The notes: generated from the letters alone by a model not told the origin. A stretch of DNA of 62,550 nt, filler included, from Basidiobolus ranarum (GCA_040143965.1; 38 parts of 38 records of this genome joined end to end with filler, not necessarily neighbours in it), one strand, 5' to 3'; shown: positions 13,037 to 26,366, counted from the first letter of the whole stretch. Numbers and translations: made by a program.

Positions 13037-13457
13037 TGTTAGGGTTAGGTCTTTTGAAGAGAACCTTCATTCTGAGTCCATTCTGGGTCCAATTCCTAAC
13101 CCTAACCCACTGGAACAGGCTCTGGTCTAGAATCAAGTTCCGATTCNNNNNNNNNNNNNNNNNNNNNNNNNNNNNNNNNNNNNNNNNNNNTTAATTAATT
13201 AANNNNNNNNNNNNNNNNNNNNNNNNNNNNNNNNNNNNNNNNNNNNCAAACATGCCTGTTAAGCATGGGTGAAAATTTGAGGTGATTTGGAGAAGTTTTG
13301 AGAAAATAGTGAAAATTGGTAAAAGTGATCTAATTGATATTTCTATCAATTAGAGCAGTAAACACACGTTTTTGAATAACAGATTTCAGTGCTAAATAAT
13401 CATAATCTGAATAAACTAACTACTAAATAATGAGTTGCTATTTACCTAATTTCAACA

Positions 13458-14800
13458 GTTAGACTAACTACTTGGTGAATTGATATCAATAATCATATTG
13501 AAATCTGACTAGGCTCTTGATGGTAAAATCATGAAGTTTAGTGTTGTATTTGGATAGTAGTAATGCAGATGCCTATTAGAGTAAACTCCTTTGATTTAAC
13601 CAAATCTACAGCAATATAGTGCATTGTGCCCATAAAAACCTCCAAGTTTACTGATGGTAGGAGTGTCACCAATGCATACAATGATACTAGCTTTTATATA
13701 ATACTCACCTCTCTGTACCCCATTAGATAACCATTCAAATTCCGCAATTAAAGGCTCCAAGAAGCTATCTACAAGCACTGGTGATTTAGATCCAGAAATA
13801 ATGGATTGTATCAATATTGCATGACTCTTATATCATTCAGAAGGAGGAAGATTTAAGTTGATTAAAATCATTGGCCAGCAAGCCTTTCCAACAATATATT
13901 TGTTTAGTGAGAAACCATTCAGAGGCAATCCAAATGCATGATCATATGTGTTCTCAAAGAAACCTTGCAATTTCAGATTCTGGTAGTGATTTCCATCAAG
14001 TTTATTAGCAATACCATCAGCTTTATGATGAGTACTTTGGTATTGGATCAATGCTCTATATTTGGGTATTTCATCAACACTTTAAGACAGGGAATCAATG
14101 GTATGTTAGCCACATGTGAACAATATATACCTGATTCAGTGATTGCCAATTGTGTGCAAACAGTACATGACTTCAGGTTTTTCAGGTCACTGGTGAAAGC
14201 CAAACAACCATTTAGATATAAAGGTAGTTTAATTACTGAAGGACTATGAGTCTGTAACAAAAATAAGATTGTTTTGATCCGGATTGAATCCATCCTCCAA
14301 AAGAGCAAAACTGTCAGAGAACTATCACAATATTGGTGGCTTGCATTCTGCCAGTGATTTTCATGGCATGACGGCAGTTTCTTGATGGTATTTTGATGCT
14401 ATTCATACATGTTAAAATATTGAACCTCAAATTGGGCTTGCATTATTCAATATCTGTCAGTTTTTGCAAAAATATAATTTTGAAATGGCAAATTACTGGG
14501 TTTACTGCTGTAGGAATTTGATATGCATGCCTTTATTTAGTTATTTTAGGCTTTGTATTCCAGCCAAAATGAGAATCAAAAAATACAAGAATCTCATTGT
14601 GTTTTTTTCCCTACATATGCCCATATTTGACTGATTAGGCATAGCTCAACAACATCAATATCCTTTACCAGCAAACTTACAGTTGAAACATTGCTTAACA
14701 TCTGAAATTTTGAATAGCACTGACACTTGGCAAAGAGCTGACTCTTGTTACCATTCACAATGAGAATGAGCTCTTGGATTTTGGCAAACTTCTATAAAGA
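13458..14800 (-). mobile_element. CACTA transposase fragment (13458-14250) interrupted by the right end of another copy (about 14252-14800)
   Basis: Tnp2-type motifs (INLNLPPSE, VCIGDTP..GGF.GHNA..CCRF); degenerate right TIR at 14252. Confidence 0.82.
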
Positions 14801-14900
14801 NNNNNNNNNNNNNNNNNNNNNNNNNNNNNNNNNNNNNNNNNNNNTTAATTAATTAANNNNNNNNNNNNNNNNNNNNNNNNNNNNNNNNNNNNNNNNNNNN

Positions 14901-15783
14901 GGGGAAGTTTTAAAACAACAAGTTTCTCTAGGAATGATAATCACAATGCAATGTCCAACTTTCTGTTGAAGAAATGATTGGTGCCTTGACAAAAGAATAT
15001 GCTGGTATCAACATCTTTTGATCTTGATCAAGTACTAAAGCTTCTTTGATCAAAGACAACTATAAACTCAACCAGTAGTATCTTGACAAGGATGCACTTG
15101 GAGCAATTTTCCAAATGTGGAAGGTACCTTTGCCTTAGTAGGGAAGCTTGGGAAAGATGGGGAATAACATGGAAGCCAACCTTGGGGGGCTTCAAGTTTG
15201 GAGAACAGGGATGGAGAGAAGTCTACAGGCAAATATAAGAAGTCTGATCAAACTGTCACCATTAGGAACTGAACAAGGACTGGGATCAACAATAAGAGGC
15301 TAGAAGGCAGGAGAGTACTTGTGTGTAGACCTCAAGACAAGACAAGACTGGACAAAGAAGATACTTTGGCAAGAATCTTTATTGATAACTGGCATTGATC
15401 AGACTGAGGTCTGATCAAGGAATACATGGGGCTTATATGGATATTGCAAGGTGAAACATAATATACTGAATAGGGAATATACTGTGGCAAGTTCAAGAGT
15501 CAGGGTGTTGGGGACTACAAGGACCAATGCAAAATGGGATGATGTAAGGATGATCAGGTGACCTTCCATGGAAGGCCTTGGCAGAAATACACTGTGTGTG
15601 GGATGACATGATTGGTTAGGTTTCATGGAATGTTCCAAAGAACATGACTTCCATATACGGTAATCTGGATGAACTAACAGAAGATTGCCAAGAAGGGATA
15701 GCACAGCAGATATGATGTCATAATCCAATAATAGAGGAGTTCTATTTGCAGTGGATCAGTATGCTGAGATCAGAATCATGACA
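14901..15783 (-). mobile_element. Gypsy family B 5' LTR (15783-15254), PBS (15251-15241) and leader
   Basis: TGTCATGA...GTGACA termini; homologous to 34036-34613. Confidence 0.82.
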
Positions 15784-16454
15784 GATAGTAGTAATGTGTA
15801 AGCCTCATTTGAGTAAACTCCATTGATTTGACAGAATCTATAGTAAGATGGTTCATTGTGCACAGAAAAACCTCCAAGTTTACTGATGTCAGGAGTGTCA
15901 CCAATAAATACATAATTTTAGCTTTAATAAAATATTCATCCATCTGAACCTCATTAGATAAATGTTCAAATTCAACAATCAAGGGCTCTACAAAGCTATG
16001 TATAAGCACTGGTGATTTAGGTCCAGCTATAATGGATAGATCAAAATATTATGAATCTTACATCATTCAGAAGAAAGAATAATTAAGTCATTTAAGATTG
16101 TTTCCCAGCAAGCCTTTCCAGTGGTATATTTGTTTTGCAAGCAATCATCCAGAGCCAATGCCCATGCATGATCATATGGGTTCTCAAAGAAACCTTGACT
16201 CTTAAGATTCTGGTATTGATATCCATCAAGTATATTGGTAATACCCTCAGCTTTATGGTGAGTACTTGATATTGGATCAAGAATCTGTATTTGGGTGATT
16301 TCTTCAAAACTTTCAGATGGGGAATCAATGGTATGTAAGCCAAATATGAGTGATATATACCTGATTCAGTGATTGCCAATTGTATGCAAACAGTACATGA
16401 CTTCAGTTTTTCAGATTACCAGAGAAAGCCAACCCACCATTTAGACAAGAAGGT
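15784..16454 (-). pseudogene. CACTA transposase fragment
   Basis: Homologous to 36900-37570. Confidence 0.82.
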
Positions 16455-18207
16455 NNNNNNNNNNNNNNNNNNNNNNNNNNNNNNNNNNNNNNNNNNNNTT
16501 AATTAATTAANNNNNNNNNNNNNNNNNNNNNNNNNNNNNNNNNNNNNNNNNNNNTTAGTGATCTGGTCTCACATTTCTTTACCCAGAAATTAGCTGCCGT
16601 AGATGAAACTCCGACGTGATGATTTGAACTACGGTACATGTGTAGCGCAGCTTATCCACAAACAAAATATGTGCAATAGTTGATAGAAAATACAATGCAC
16701 TGATTAATTTTTATTCATAGCAATATCACATTACCAGTAGGAGTAGAGGATGTGAAACTAAATGCTTCAAATCTATCTAGCACGGTTTCTATTCAAGGTT
16801 CACCTCAATTATTGTGTCAATCATCCAGAATTTTCCTTAACTGACGCCTATTTCCATGCGCTATAATTATAACCTTTATTAATTCCCTTACAGGATGTCC
16901 ATTTAATATATACTAGCAATCTATATAGATTTTTGATATTGTATCTCTTGCTTTATATACTACATCCTGATATTCACTCAACTATCTCCCATCAATCCAG
17001 CATCTTATTGTAGTAACCCCATTGTGTCTCAGTTGCTATCTTATCATTAGCATATGGTTGTAGACTTATGATAGCTTAGAACTGTAGCTGGAAGAATCTA
17101 AAAAAAGATAAAAGTGGTATTAGTTAGCGCTGGAGAGCACATATTTATTGAGTACAAAAGACTTACTTAAGAGCAATATACTCATCATATTAGTAAAGAA
17201 GCAGAATATTCAAGTGAATTTTATGTAACTTTTATTAAGGATTCACTAATAAATGTCTCTTTATTAGGTATTTAACCTGTCTATATCATTCCAGAGAACA
17301 ATGATGAAAACTTATGGACCTTACTTCACTAAGGAAACACTTAAGTTCAGAATCTTAGAGTTGTATATTTAGGTAATATTGAAGATCAGATCTAACTATC
17401 ATGTATTATGTGAATAGGAAAAGCTTGCTATGTTATGGATGAGAGTGAGTGGGTCACACAGCTAAACTTAGCCAGGTACACTAGGCTTTCAATGTAAGTG
17501 CCAATAAAATATCAGTTCATTTAGCCATACACTAATTTAAAAGAAATAACTGGCTCTATTTGCACTTTTCTTGCAAATACAAATCAGTAAGCAATCAGAA
17601 ATGCAATAAATAATTGAGTCAGATAGTGAGTTGAGTTGGGTTAGAAAATAAAATGTTGGTGGGCTTAGTCTGGGCAATAAATGAGCAAGTGGAACAGGAT
17701 ATTTGCTAACTATTAGATTGCTGCATGATAAAGTATTCCTGGTTCTTTCTACTCAATAAATCAATAAGTGAAAACCACCAACTCCTCTAATTCTCCAAAC
17801 CACATCCAACAGGCTCCCAAATATTTTAACAGAAATCAAGCTTTTTTGCCAGTACATCTGACTCTGGAATTACAGATCTTTGTAATTGTGTGAAGAATTT
17901 GGTTAGTGGGACAGTAGAGCCTAAACTCACTGGCACCTTTGCTTTTCCCTTGGGTTTACTAACTTCCAGCTCCTTTAGTACTTCTTTAGCTGCTTTTCTT
18001 TCTTTTTGAAGTCAATAATTGCATACATATTTGAGGTGTTTCATGAATAGGCCTATACTAGCACAATTGCCATTTGCTTGCAAAAACCCAGGATAAGCCA
18101 CATGAAANNNNNNNNNNNNNNNNNNNNNNNNNNNNNNNNNNNNNNNNNNNNTTAATTAATTAANNNNNNNNNNNNNNNNNNNNNNNNNNNNNNNNNNNNN
18201 NNNNNNN

Positions 18208-19320
18208 AAGGTATAGAAAGCCTTGGAAGGCACTTAACAAACAAGTACTGCTACCAACACGATGCTTCTAAGAAGACAATTCTTTGACTTAAAGCTGAAG
18301 CCAGGAGAAGACATTAAATCACTAATTAATAGAGTGACTATTTTAGTGGATGAAATGGAATGCATTGAAGTACCTACCACTGATCAAGATATCATAGTTA
18401 CAGTCCTGAATAGCCTGCCACACAGGTTTCAGAGCCTGGTAATGGCTCTAGAATCAAGAACTGATACTTTGACCTTATATCATGTATTTGGCAGACTTCT
18501 GGATGAAGATTTATGCAAATCAGGATCCAACCAAAAGAATGAAGAAAATGCTTGAAGAGGCTATGGGAAACCTTCCTATAAAAGTCAATAGCACTTTAAG
18601 AAGAAGGGTAACATAGTCTGCAATTATGGTAAATGCACTGGCCACTTAAGCCAAGATTGCTTTAAAAGAATTACACCAGAAGAAAAACATATGGAATCTG
18701 GAAATGTGGTTATAACAGAAAATCACTTGTTCATATCTGCTCTATCTATGACAACCAACAAGGATTCTCATATGTGATATATTGATTCTGGAGCCTCCCA
18801 ACAGTTTCCAATGAAAAACATTGGTTTGTGGATTATGAAGAAATCCCAATTAGAAAGGTTTTCATGTGAGATGACTGCACATTGGATGCCATTGGAATGA
18901 GAACAATTCAAGTCAACTTAACTGGAGCTTTTGAAGAGAAAATGTATACTTTTAAGGATGTACTAAATGTTCCAGATATTGCCAAGAATTTAATATCTGT
19001 ATGCAAGGCCACCTAAAAAGGGCTAAGATTGGATTTTGATAAGTCAGGATGCACCATCACTGATCTAAATGGGAATTATAAGGTTTGCTAGAAGAGTATC
19101 AAAACCTATAAAAACTTACATATAATCCAAGAGGTTCATTTGTAAATATGAGTTATTCCAGTTAAGATACTATTCAATTATGGCATAAGAGATCTCGCCA
19201 TATTAAATTTGAATATTTGAGCAAAATGATCAAAAATCATCTCATTTCTGATATTCAAATTACCCCTACAACCAAAATGAAAATTTGTGAGGGTTGTATA
19301 TATGGAAAGCAAGCCGGGCA
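18208..19320 (+). mobile_element. Ty1/copia gag, protease and pre-integrase pseudogene (family A)
   Basis: gag_2-like LNSLPHRFQSLVMALE; decayed Zn knuckle; YIDSGASQ protease; WHKR..H..CEGCIYGKQ. Confidence 0.88.
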
Positions 19321-19342
19321 GCTGTTCAAGAGCTCCGGTTTA

Positions 19343-19760
19343 CCCTAACAGAAATTGAAGGATTTTTATCATAGGAACATTGTAACAATTTTTGTCCATT
19401 TTGGATTGACTGTTTACTTACCATCATAAAATCATCAAGTTAGATTAGATTTTAATTAATTTTTTCAGTTTCAGGAGTGACATTTTGAGATCTCACAAAA
19501 TAGTTGCACATGATTGGCTAAAATCTCAGAGAGCCATTGATCCACACATGGGTGAAAAACATAACTCAAATTTTACACATTTACCACTTGAATGCTGATT
19601 TGTCACCTTTGAAATCCCAAGTTTCTTTGATATATTCGCCTGAATATTTTTATAGAGTTCTTCATACCCAAGGCTTAGCTCATGCCCAACACAAGTTTGT
19701 ATCAATATCTCTATCAAAGCCTACCATTGTATTAACATTGCTGAATCAACATTCTTCCAG
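19343..19760 (+). mobile_element. CACTA left end
   Basis: CCCTAACAGAAATT terminus followed by family sequence. Confidence 0.85.
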
Positions 19761-19860
19761 NNNNNNNNNNNNNNNNNNNNNNNNNNNNNNNNNNNNNNNN
19801 NNNNTTAATTAATTAANNNNNNNNNNNNNNNNNNNNNNNNNNNNNNNNNNNNNNNNNNNN

Positions 19861-21330
19861 CTCAAACAATGCAAAAATCCATGAGCACATTGAAAAGAGC
19901 CCTTTGTTGGCAGATTAATATACTCCGCAGTCTCCTTAACCCATTGCATTACATCCATCACCGATTTTGCTGATACATTGTTAATCAGATTAGCATATGG
20001 TAATATTGACTATTTCACATAGAGCATCATTTCACCACAGGTGCACTCCATTGGGAACTCCCAGTAAGTATAGCAAGGGCCTATAATCTCTAAGCATTGC
20101 AAAAGATGCAGCAGGGATTGTATTGAATACTGGCATATATTCAGTCTATCTTCTTTATACCTAAAATAAAGTTTTTCATATCCAATTACAAGATCTTAAG
20201 CTAAACCTTGGGTATGACAAACTCTATAAAAATATTCAGGAGAATATATCAAAGAGACTAGGGATTTCAAAGGTGAAAAATTAGCATTCAGGTGGTAATT
20301 GTGTAAAGTTTTAGTTATGTTTTTTGCACATGTGTTGATCCATAGTTCTCTGAGATTGTAGCCAATCATGCACAACTACTCTGCAAGATCTTGAAATATC
20401 ACTCCTGAATCTGAAAAAGTTGATTAAAATCAAATCTAACTTGACAATTTTATGATGGTAAGTAAAAGGTCAATCCCAAATGGATTAAAATTGTGACAGT
20501 TTTCCTACAATACCAATTCTCAAATTTCTGTTAGGGTTAAGCAAAGCTCAACAGAAAAACTATCAAGACCATCAACTTCCTAAATGCCTGAATAGACAAC
20601 TATTGAACACCCCTTTGTAGACAATTTGGACAGAATCATTGTGACAAGGGAATGTCAGGCACAACAGTATTAAAATGCCCCAATCAAATAGTAAATCATT
20701 AGTTATGCAAAGTTCAACAGAAACACTGTCAAGACCAACAACTTCCAAAATGACTACTTCACCAACTATTGAACTTATCTCCATAACCAAATTACATAGA
20801 ATCACTACAACATGGAAATCTCAGCAAAACACTATGATAATTGTATGCACTCATAAGTAAAAACTACCAAGTGGCTATACAAGCCATGAGAAGCAATAAT
20901 GCAGCAATATTGCGATTAATTCAGTGTTCTGAAGCAACTTGTCAACAGTTAAAGAGTTGCTCAAGAATGATGCAGGACCTTCAAAATGCTGTACTAGAGC
21001 TACAGCAATATGCTACTTCCTCCATCCATTCTCCTATGGGATTTCAATTAATCTTGACCCACACATATGAATATCTCCATGACAGTCAAGCTGAGCAGAA
21101 AATGTGCTGGACCATTATGCCTACAAGGTAACTCACAATTGCTCAGGCACATGAAAGTAGATGTCTTGCAGGCAAACCAGCAAACCAAAAGACTTGCAAT
21201 GTCTAAGCTGCTGCTGCTTGCTCTAATAATGAATGGTTTAACATTTTGGTAACTGTGTGAACACTTGCCCAAAATTACCTTGATTTGAGCCAATTGTAGA
21301 GAAACTAATGACCAGGCATTAATCCAAAGG
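19861..21330. mobile_element. Nested CACTA fragments: transposase (-), left end (TIR at 20536) and ORF2 region (+)
   Basis: Homology to 56620-56950, 11820-12153 and the reverse complement of 59450-60100. Confidence 0.75.
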
Positions 21331-21512
21331 TTATTGACTTATTTGACTTGTTCCATTTTATTTATTGTACCGTTGCTCTAAAATGGGAAAAAAAGTGATT
21401 ACAACGCTGTTTNNNNNNNNNNNNNNNNNNNNNNNNNNNNNNNNNNNNNNNNNNNNTTAATTAATTAANNNNNNNNNNNNNNNNNNNNNNNNNNNNNNNN
21501 NNNNNNNNNNNN

Positions 21513-22490
21513 CAGAACCACTGCTACTATCACCATTTCCATTACCACCCTTTCCAGCATCATAAGTGCTAGCGTCATTACCGACGTTGCATTGCCATTG
21601 TCTCCTCCGTTCGCAGCACCACCGTTACCATTTTCGTTGCCATTATCACCCTTTCCAGTATCATAAGTGCAAGCTCCATTGCCAGTATCACCGTTACCAT
21701 AACACTTTTCATTAGGATGTTTTCCAATATCATAAGATCCAGCTATGTTGCCACCGTTGCCAGTACCATTGTCTCCTCCATTACTCGCACAACTGTTTCC
21801 ATCTCTGGCACCACTATAACCATCTCCACGCTTTCCAGCCTTATAAGCTCTATCTCCATTGCTGTTATCCCTTCCATTACCAGAATCACCGTTTTCATCC
21901 CCTTTCCTCCTCCAACCTTTCCAGTATCATAGGCACCAGCTCCATTACCGTTGTTGCCATTGTCTCCTCCAGCTCCGGAACCACCGCTACCATCTCCGTT
22001 GCCATTATCACCATTTCCAGTATCATAAGCGTGCGCTCCATTGCCAGCACCATTTCCACCATCATAAGCGCGAGCTCCATGCCGCCACCATTTTCAGCCT
22101 TTCTAGCACCATAAGTACTATCTCCATTACCAGAACCACCGTTGTCATCATCCTTTCCATTTCCACCCTTTCCAGTATCATAAATGTCAGCTTCATTGCC
22201 GCCGTTGTCATTGCCATTGTCTTCTCCATTGTCAGCACCACTGTTATCATTTCCATTTCCACGCTTTCTAGCATTATAAGCGCTAGCTCAATTGCCATTA
22301 TCCCCTTCATTACCAGAACCGCCGTTACCATCACCATTTCCATTTCCATCCGTTCCAGTATTGTAAGTACCAGCTACATTGTCTCAACTATTTCAACAGT
22401 CATATTCCTTCTCCGTAGTTATCATCGCTATTATCTCCTCTGTTGCGGAACACACCATTTCCAGCACTGCTTCCACTACCACACTTTCCA
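21513..22490 (-). pseudogene. Gly/Asn/Asp-rich repeat protein with periodic Tyr motif, disrupted
   Basis: Minus frame reads GNEADIYDTGKGGNGKDDDNGGSGNGDSTYGARK..NGARAYDGGNGAGNGAHAYDTGNG; in-frame TGA codons at Gly positions and frameshifts. Confidence 0.7.
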
Positions 22491-22629
22491 CCCTACACAC
22501 TGGATATGGTAGAAAAAAATCCATTTGCAAACCTATTTTGGACCATTTTTCCCATTTTGGAAGATTCTGCGGAGTTCACTTCCAGGATTTTCCACCATAC
22601 CTGAATTGGTGCTGGCTTAATGAGTTGGC

Positions 22630-23064
22630 ATGAGAAGGGACTTTGAGCGCGAGATTATCCCCATGGCATGTCACTTTGGCATGGCTCTGGCACCTTGGGA
22701 TGTTCTTGGTGGTGGCACATTGAAGACTAAAGCAGAAATTGCTGAACGCAAGAAGAAGCGAGAAGGCCTTCGAAGCATATTCCGCAAAGAGCAGAGCGAA
22801 GAAGGGGCAAGAATTAGTGAGGCACTAGAAAAAGTGGCATTGGAACAAGGAGTCAAGTCGATAACTCCCATTGCTATTGCGTACGTTATGGCCAAAGCAC
22901 CACACGTGTTCCCCCTAGTTGGTGAGAGAAGAGTAGAGCTACTTGAGGGCAAGATTGAGGCATTGAATATCAAGCTGACAAGTGAACAAATTGAGTATTT
23001 GGAGAGCATCAATTCATTTGACGTAGGCTTTCCTAATGAGTTCGTTGGGCCAGATCCAAAGATA
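22630..23064 (+). pseudogene. Aldo-keto reductase of the aryl-alcohol dehydrogenase (AAD-like) family, C-terminal half only
   Basis: RDFEREIIPMACHFGMALAPWDVLGGG..IAIAYVMAKAPHVFPLVG..LTSEQIEYLES..FDVGFP; no AKR N-terminal half upstream in this contig. Confidence 0.85.
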
Positions 23065-23164
23065 NNNNNNNNNNNNNNNNNNNNNNNNNNNNNNNNNNNN
23101 NNNNNNNNTTAATTAATTAANNNNNNNNNNNNNNNNNNNNNNNNNNNNNNNNNNNNNNNNNNNN

Positions 23165-23284
23165 TCACACCATCAAAATCCCTGGCAGAATGCAAGCCAG
23201 CAATATTGTGATGGTTCTCTGACGGTTTTGCTATTTTGGAGGGTGGATCCAATCCGGATCAAATTGATTTTATTTTTGTTAGGG
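23165..23284 (+). mobile_element. CACTA right end with TIR ATTTTTGTTAGGG
   Basis: Same end at 30774(-), 41615, 49797 and 55958(-). Confidence 0.85.
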
Positions 23285-23670
23285 TTTGCTAGCAAAAAGT
23301 CTAGATTAAATTTGACTTAGTGTGTGTCTCAGTAAAATCAGGAATTCAGAACTTCATAATGTATCTCAACAAATGCTAGTTTCTAATTATCTGTTGTTTG
23401 CTCTTCAACAATGGGCATATTTTTATTCTAATTTTCTGTCTAAGATTAGAATCTACTAGTATGTTCAGAACACCAAGCTTAGCTGCCTAGCAAACCTGCT
23501 CTCTACTATTACATAGCAAGCACTTGCTATTCCCAAGACCCATATTAGTTAGATCTGCTCTGCAAATATCTCCATCTTAAATAGTTCTAAGATTTTGCAC
23601 CTTACTGCTTGCTTTGCTTGGTAGAGTTCTGTTAAAATTAGCATTGCCTTAGTGCATATACAGTCATATA

Positions 23671-24018
23671 TGTTAAAGTATTTGGGAGCCTGTTGGAGGT
23701 GGCTTGGAGAACTAGAGGAATTGATGACTTTCATTTATTGATTTATTGAGTAGAAAGTTGCCATTTATAGTTTGGTCAAGATGTAAACAAACTAATAGGT
23801 AGAATGTGTTACGGATGGTCCCAGGAACATGTATGCAAAGTTTGGGGCTTCTAGCAAAAGTTTGAAAAATATATATATCTGAGAACTTCTAAGTTGGTAA
23901 AAATACTCTAAGTAAATTTCAATTACCAATAATTGAAAATATCTTAGTGAATTATAAGATAAATAAGTAGTTAGCTATATATGACTTTATAGATGTTTAA
24001 GCAATGCTAATTTCAGCA
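23671..24018 (-). mobile_element. Copia family A LTR, inverted, abutting a 41-bp LTR head (23630-23670, +)
   Basis: Reverse complement of 3637-3984. Confidence 0.82.
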
Positions 24019-24053
24019 GTCTCTCTCATTTAAAGGATCATATAAACCAATCC

Positions 24054-24715
24054 CCCTAACAGAAATTGGAGGATTGTTATCATAGGAAAACCATCACAAT
24101 TTTAATCCATTTGGGAGTGACCGTTTACTTACTGTCATATACTTGTCAAGTGAGATTTGATTTTAATCAATTTTTTCAGTTTCAAGAGTGAAATTTCAAG
24201 ATCTTGCAAAATAGTTGTGCATGATCAGCTACAATCTCAGAGAGCTACGGAACAACACATGTGCAAAAAACATAACTCAAATTTTACACAATTACCACTT
24301 GTACACTAATTTGTCACCTCTGAAATCCCTGGTCTCTTTGATATAATCTCCTGGATGTTTTCATATAGTTCTTCATACCCAAGGTTTAGCTCACACCCAA
24401 CACAAGTTTGTGTCAATATCTCCATCAAAGCCCACCATTGTATTAATGTTGCTAAATTAACATTCTTCCAGCTATCTGGCAGATACCCTGTGATATTGTG
24501 CCACTCTGTATTAAGTTCTTCCCAGATATCTGCACAGTCAACACCAGACTAAATGTCAGGTTGAATGTTCTTCTTCTGAAGCCACTTTCTGCATACTTGC
24601 ACCGTGTTTTCCCCTTCATACTTTTGAAAATACTCCTCAAGCACTGTGACTATTTTTGTACATCCTTGTAGTGTGACACTACTGAGGGTGCTTTGTGATG
24701 TTTGTGTGGCTTTGT
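24054..24715 (+). mobile_element. CACTA left end
   Basis: CCCTAACAGAAATT terminus. Confidence 0.85.
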
Positions 24716-24815
24716 NNNNNNNNNNNNNNNNNNNNNNNNNNNNNNNNNNNNNNNNNNNNTTAATTAATTAANNNNNNNNNNNNNNNNNNNNNNNNNNNNN
24801 NNNNNNNNNNNNNNN

Positions 24816-25207
24816 CCAAGAATGCATGGGAAATCCTAGTGGAACATCATGAGCAAAAAGGGCTTGCTCACTTGATGATGCTACAAAGAAAATTCTTAAA
24901 CTCTTGTATGTCTGAGGATTCAGATAATATGACATATGTAAATGGTGTCAACAAACTAGCCCAACAACTGGAATCAGTGAGTTATGAAGTACCTGAAATG
25001 GAAATAATTCTTACCATAATCAATGGTCTCCCTGAATCATATTCAGCCCTTGAACTCACTTTGGAAGCAATTGGGGATAAGCTTACTCAGCATTATCCAA
25101 TCTCTCATCTATGTCAAGAAGAATTTAAAAGGAAAGACAAAAGTCAGCTCACAGATGAAATAAAAACTACACAAGCATTGTATTCGCAAAATAGTCAACC
25201 AGAAAGG
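24816..25207 (+). mobile_element. Copia gag fragment (second family), interrupted by a family A insertion
   Basis: IILTIINGLPESYSALELTLE gag_2-like motif. Confidence 0.75.
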
Positions 25208-26366
25208 TGTTGAAATTAGCATTGCCTAAACACCTATATAGTCATACATAACTTAGTAATTAGTTATCTTATAGCTCACTAAGATATTATCAATTATTCT
25301 CAATTGGAATTTATTTAGAATATTTTCACCAACTTAGAAGTTCTCAGATATATAGATTTTTCAAACTTGTGCTAGAAGCCCCAAACTTTGCACACATGTT
25401 CCTGGGACCTTCCTTAGCATATCCTACATGTTAGCTTATTTACATCTTGACAAAACTATAAATGTCAACTTTCTACTCAATTAATCAATAAGTGAAAACC
25501 ACCAATTCCTCTAATACTCCAAACCACTTCCAACAGGCTCCCAAATACTTTAACAGGCTATGAGCCCCAAGCTTGCACTCTCTGTAATGTCTACTTCTCA
25601 AATTTATGGAACTTTTCCCTCTTCCAAAAAATTGGATGGAACCAATTACCAAGTTTGGAAAATTAAAACAAAAATGCTGCTGCAAGAAAAAGGACTTTGG
25701 GACACTATTGTAGGAGAGGAAAATAATGCAAAACTATCTGAAACCAAAGCTTTACTCCCGGTTAAAAAAGAACCAAGTCCCTTCAACACAATTTGTCTTA
25801 ATGTTAAAGACAAATTGCTAATTCAATGTTCAAGAGCTAAAACTGCCAAGAAGGTATGAAAAGCCTTGGAAGACATATACCACACAAGTTCTGCTGCTAA
25901 CAAGATGTTTCTAAGAAGACAATTTTTTAACTTAAGGATGAAGCCAGGAGAAGACATTAAATCACTAATTAATAGAGTCACCATTTTTGTGGATGAAATG
26001 TAATGCATTGGAGTACCTACTACTGATCAAGATATCATAGTTACAGTCTTGAATAGCCTGCCACACAAGTTTCAGAGCCTATTAAAGGCTCTAGAATCAA
26101 GAACTGAATATTTAACCTTAAATTATGTATTTTGCAGACTTCTGGATAAAGATTTACACAAATCAGGACTCAACCAAAAGAATGAAGAAAATGCTTTAAT
26201 AGGCTATGGGAGACCTTCCTATAAAGGTCAAAAGCACTTTACAAAGAAAAGTAACACATTCTGTGATTACTGTAAAAGAACTGGCCATTTAAGCAAAGAT
26301 TGCTTTAAAAGAATTGCAAAAGAAGAAAAACATACTGAATCTGGAAATGTGGTTACAACAGAAGAT
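25208..26366 (+). mobile_element. Copia family A 5' end: LTR 25208-25555, PBS 25556-25567, gag with CCHC knuckle
   Basis: LTR followed directly by GGCTATGAGCCC; KLDGTNYQVWKIK..KGLW; CDYCKRTGHLSKDC. Confidence 0.92.

Noticed and set aside
21717-22633. Listed Ser/Thr/Ile-rich, His-rich and Met/Val-rich ORFs
   Set aside because: Shadow frames of the Gly/Asn-rich repeat on the minus strand.
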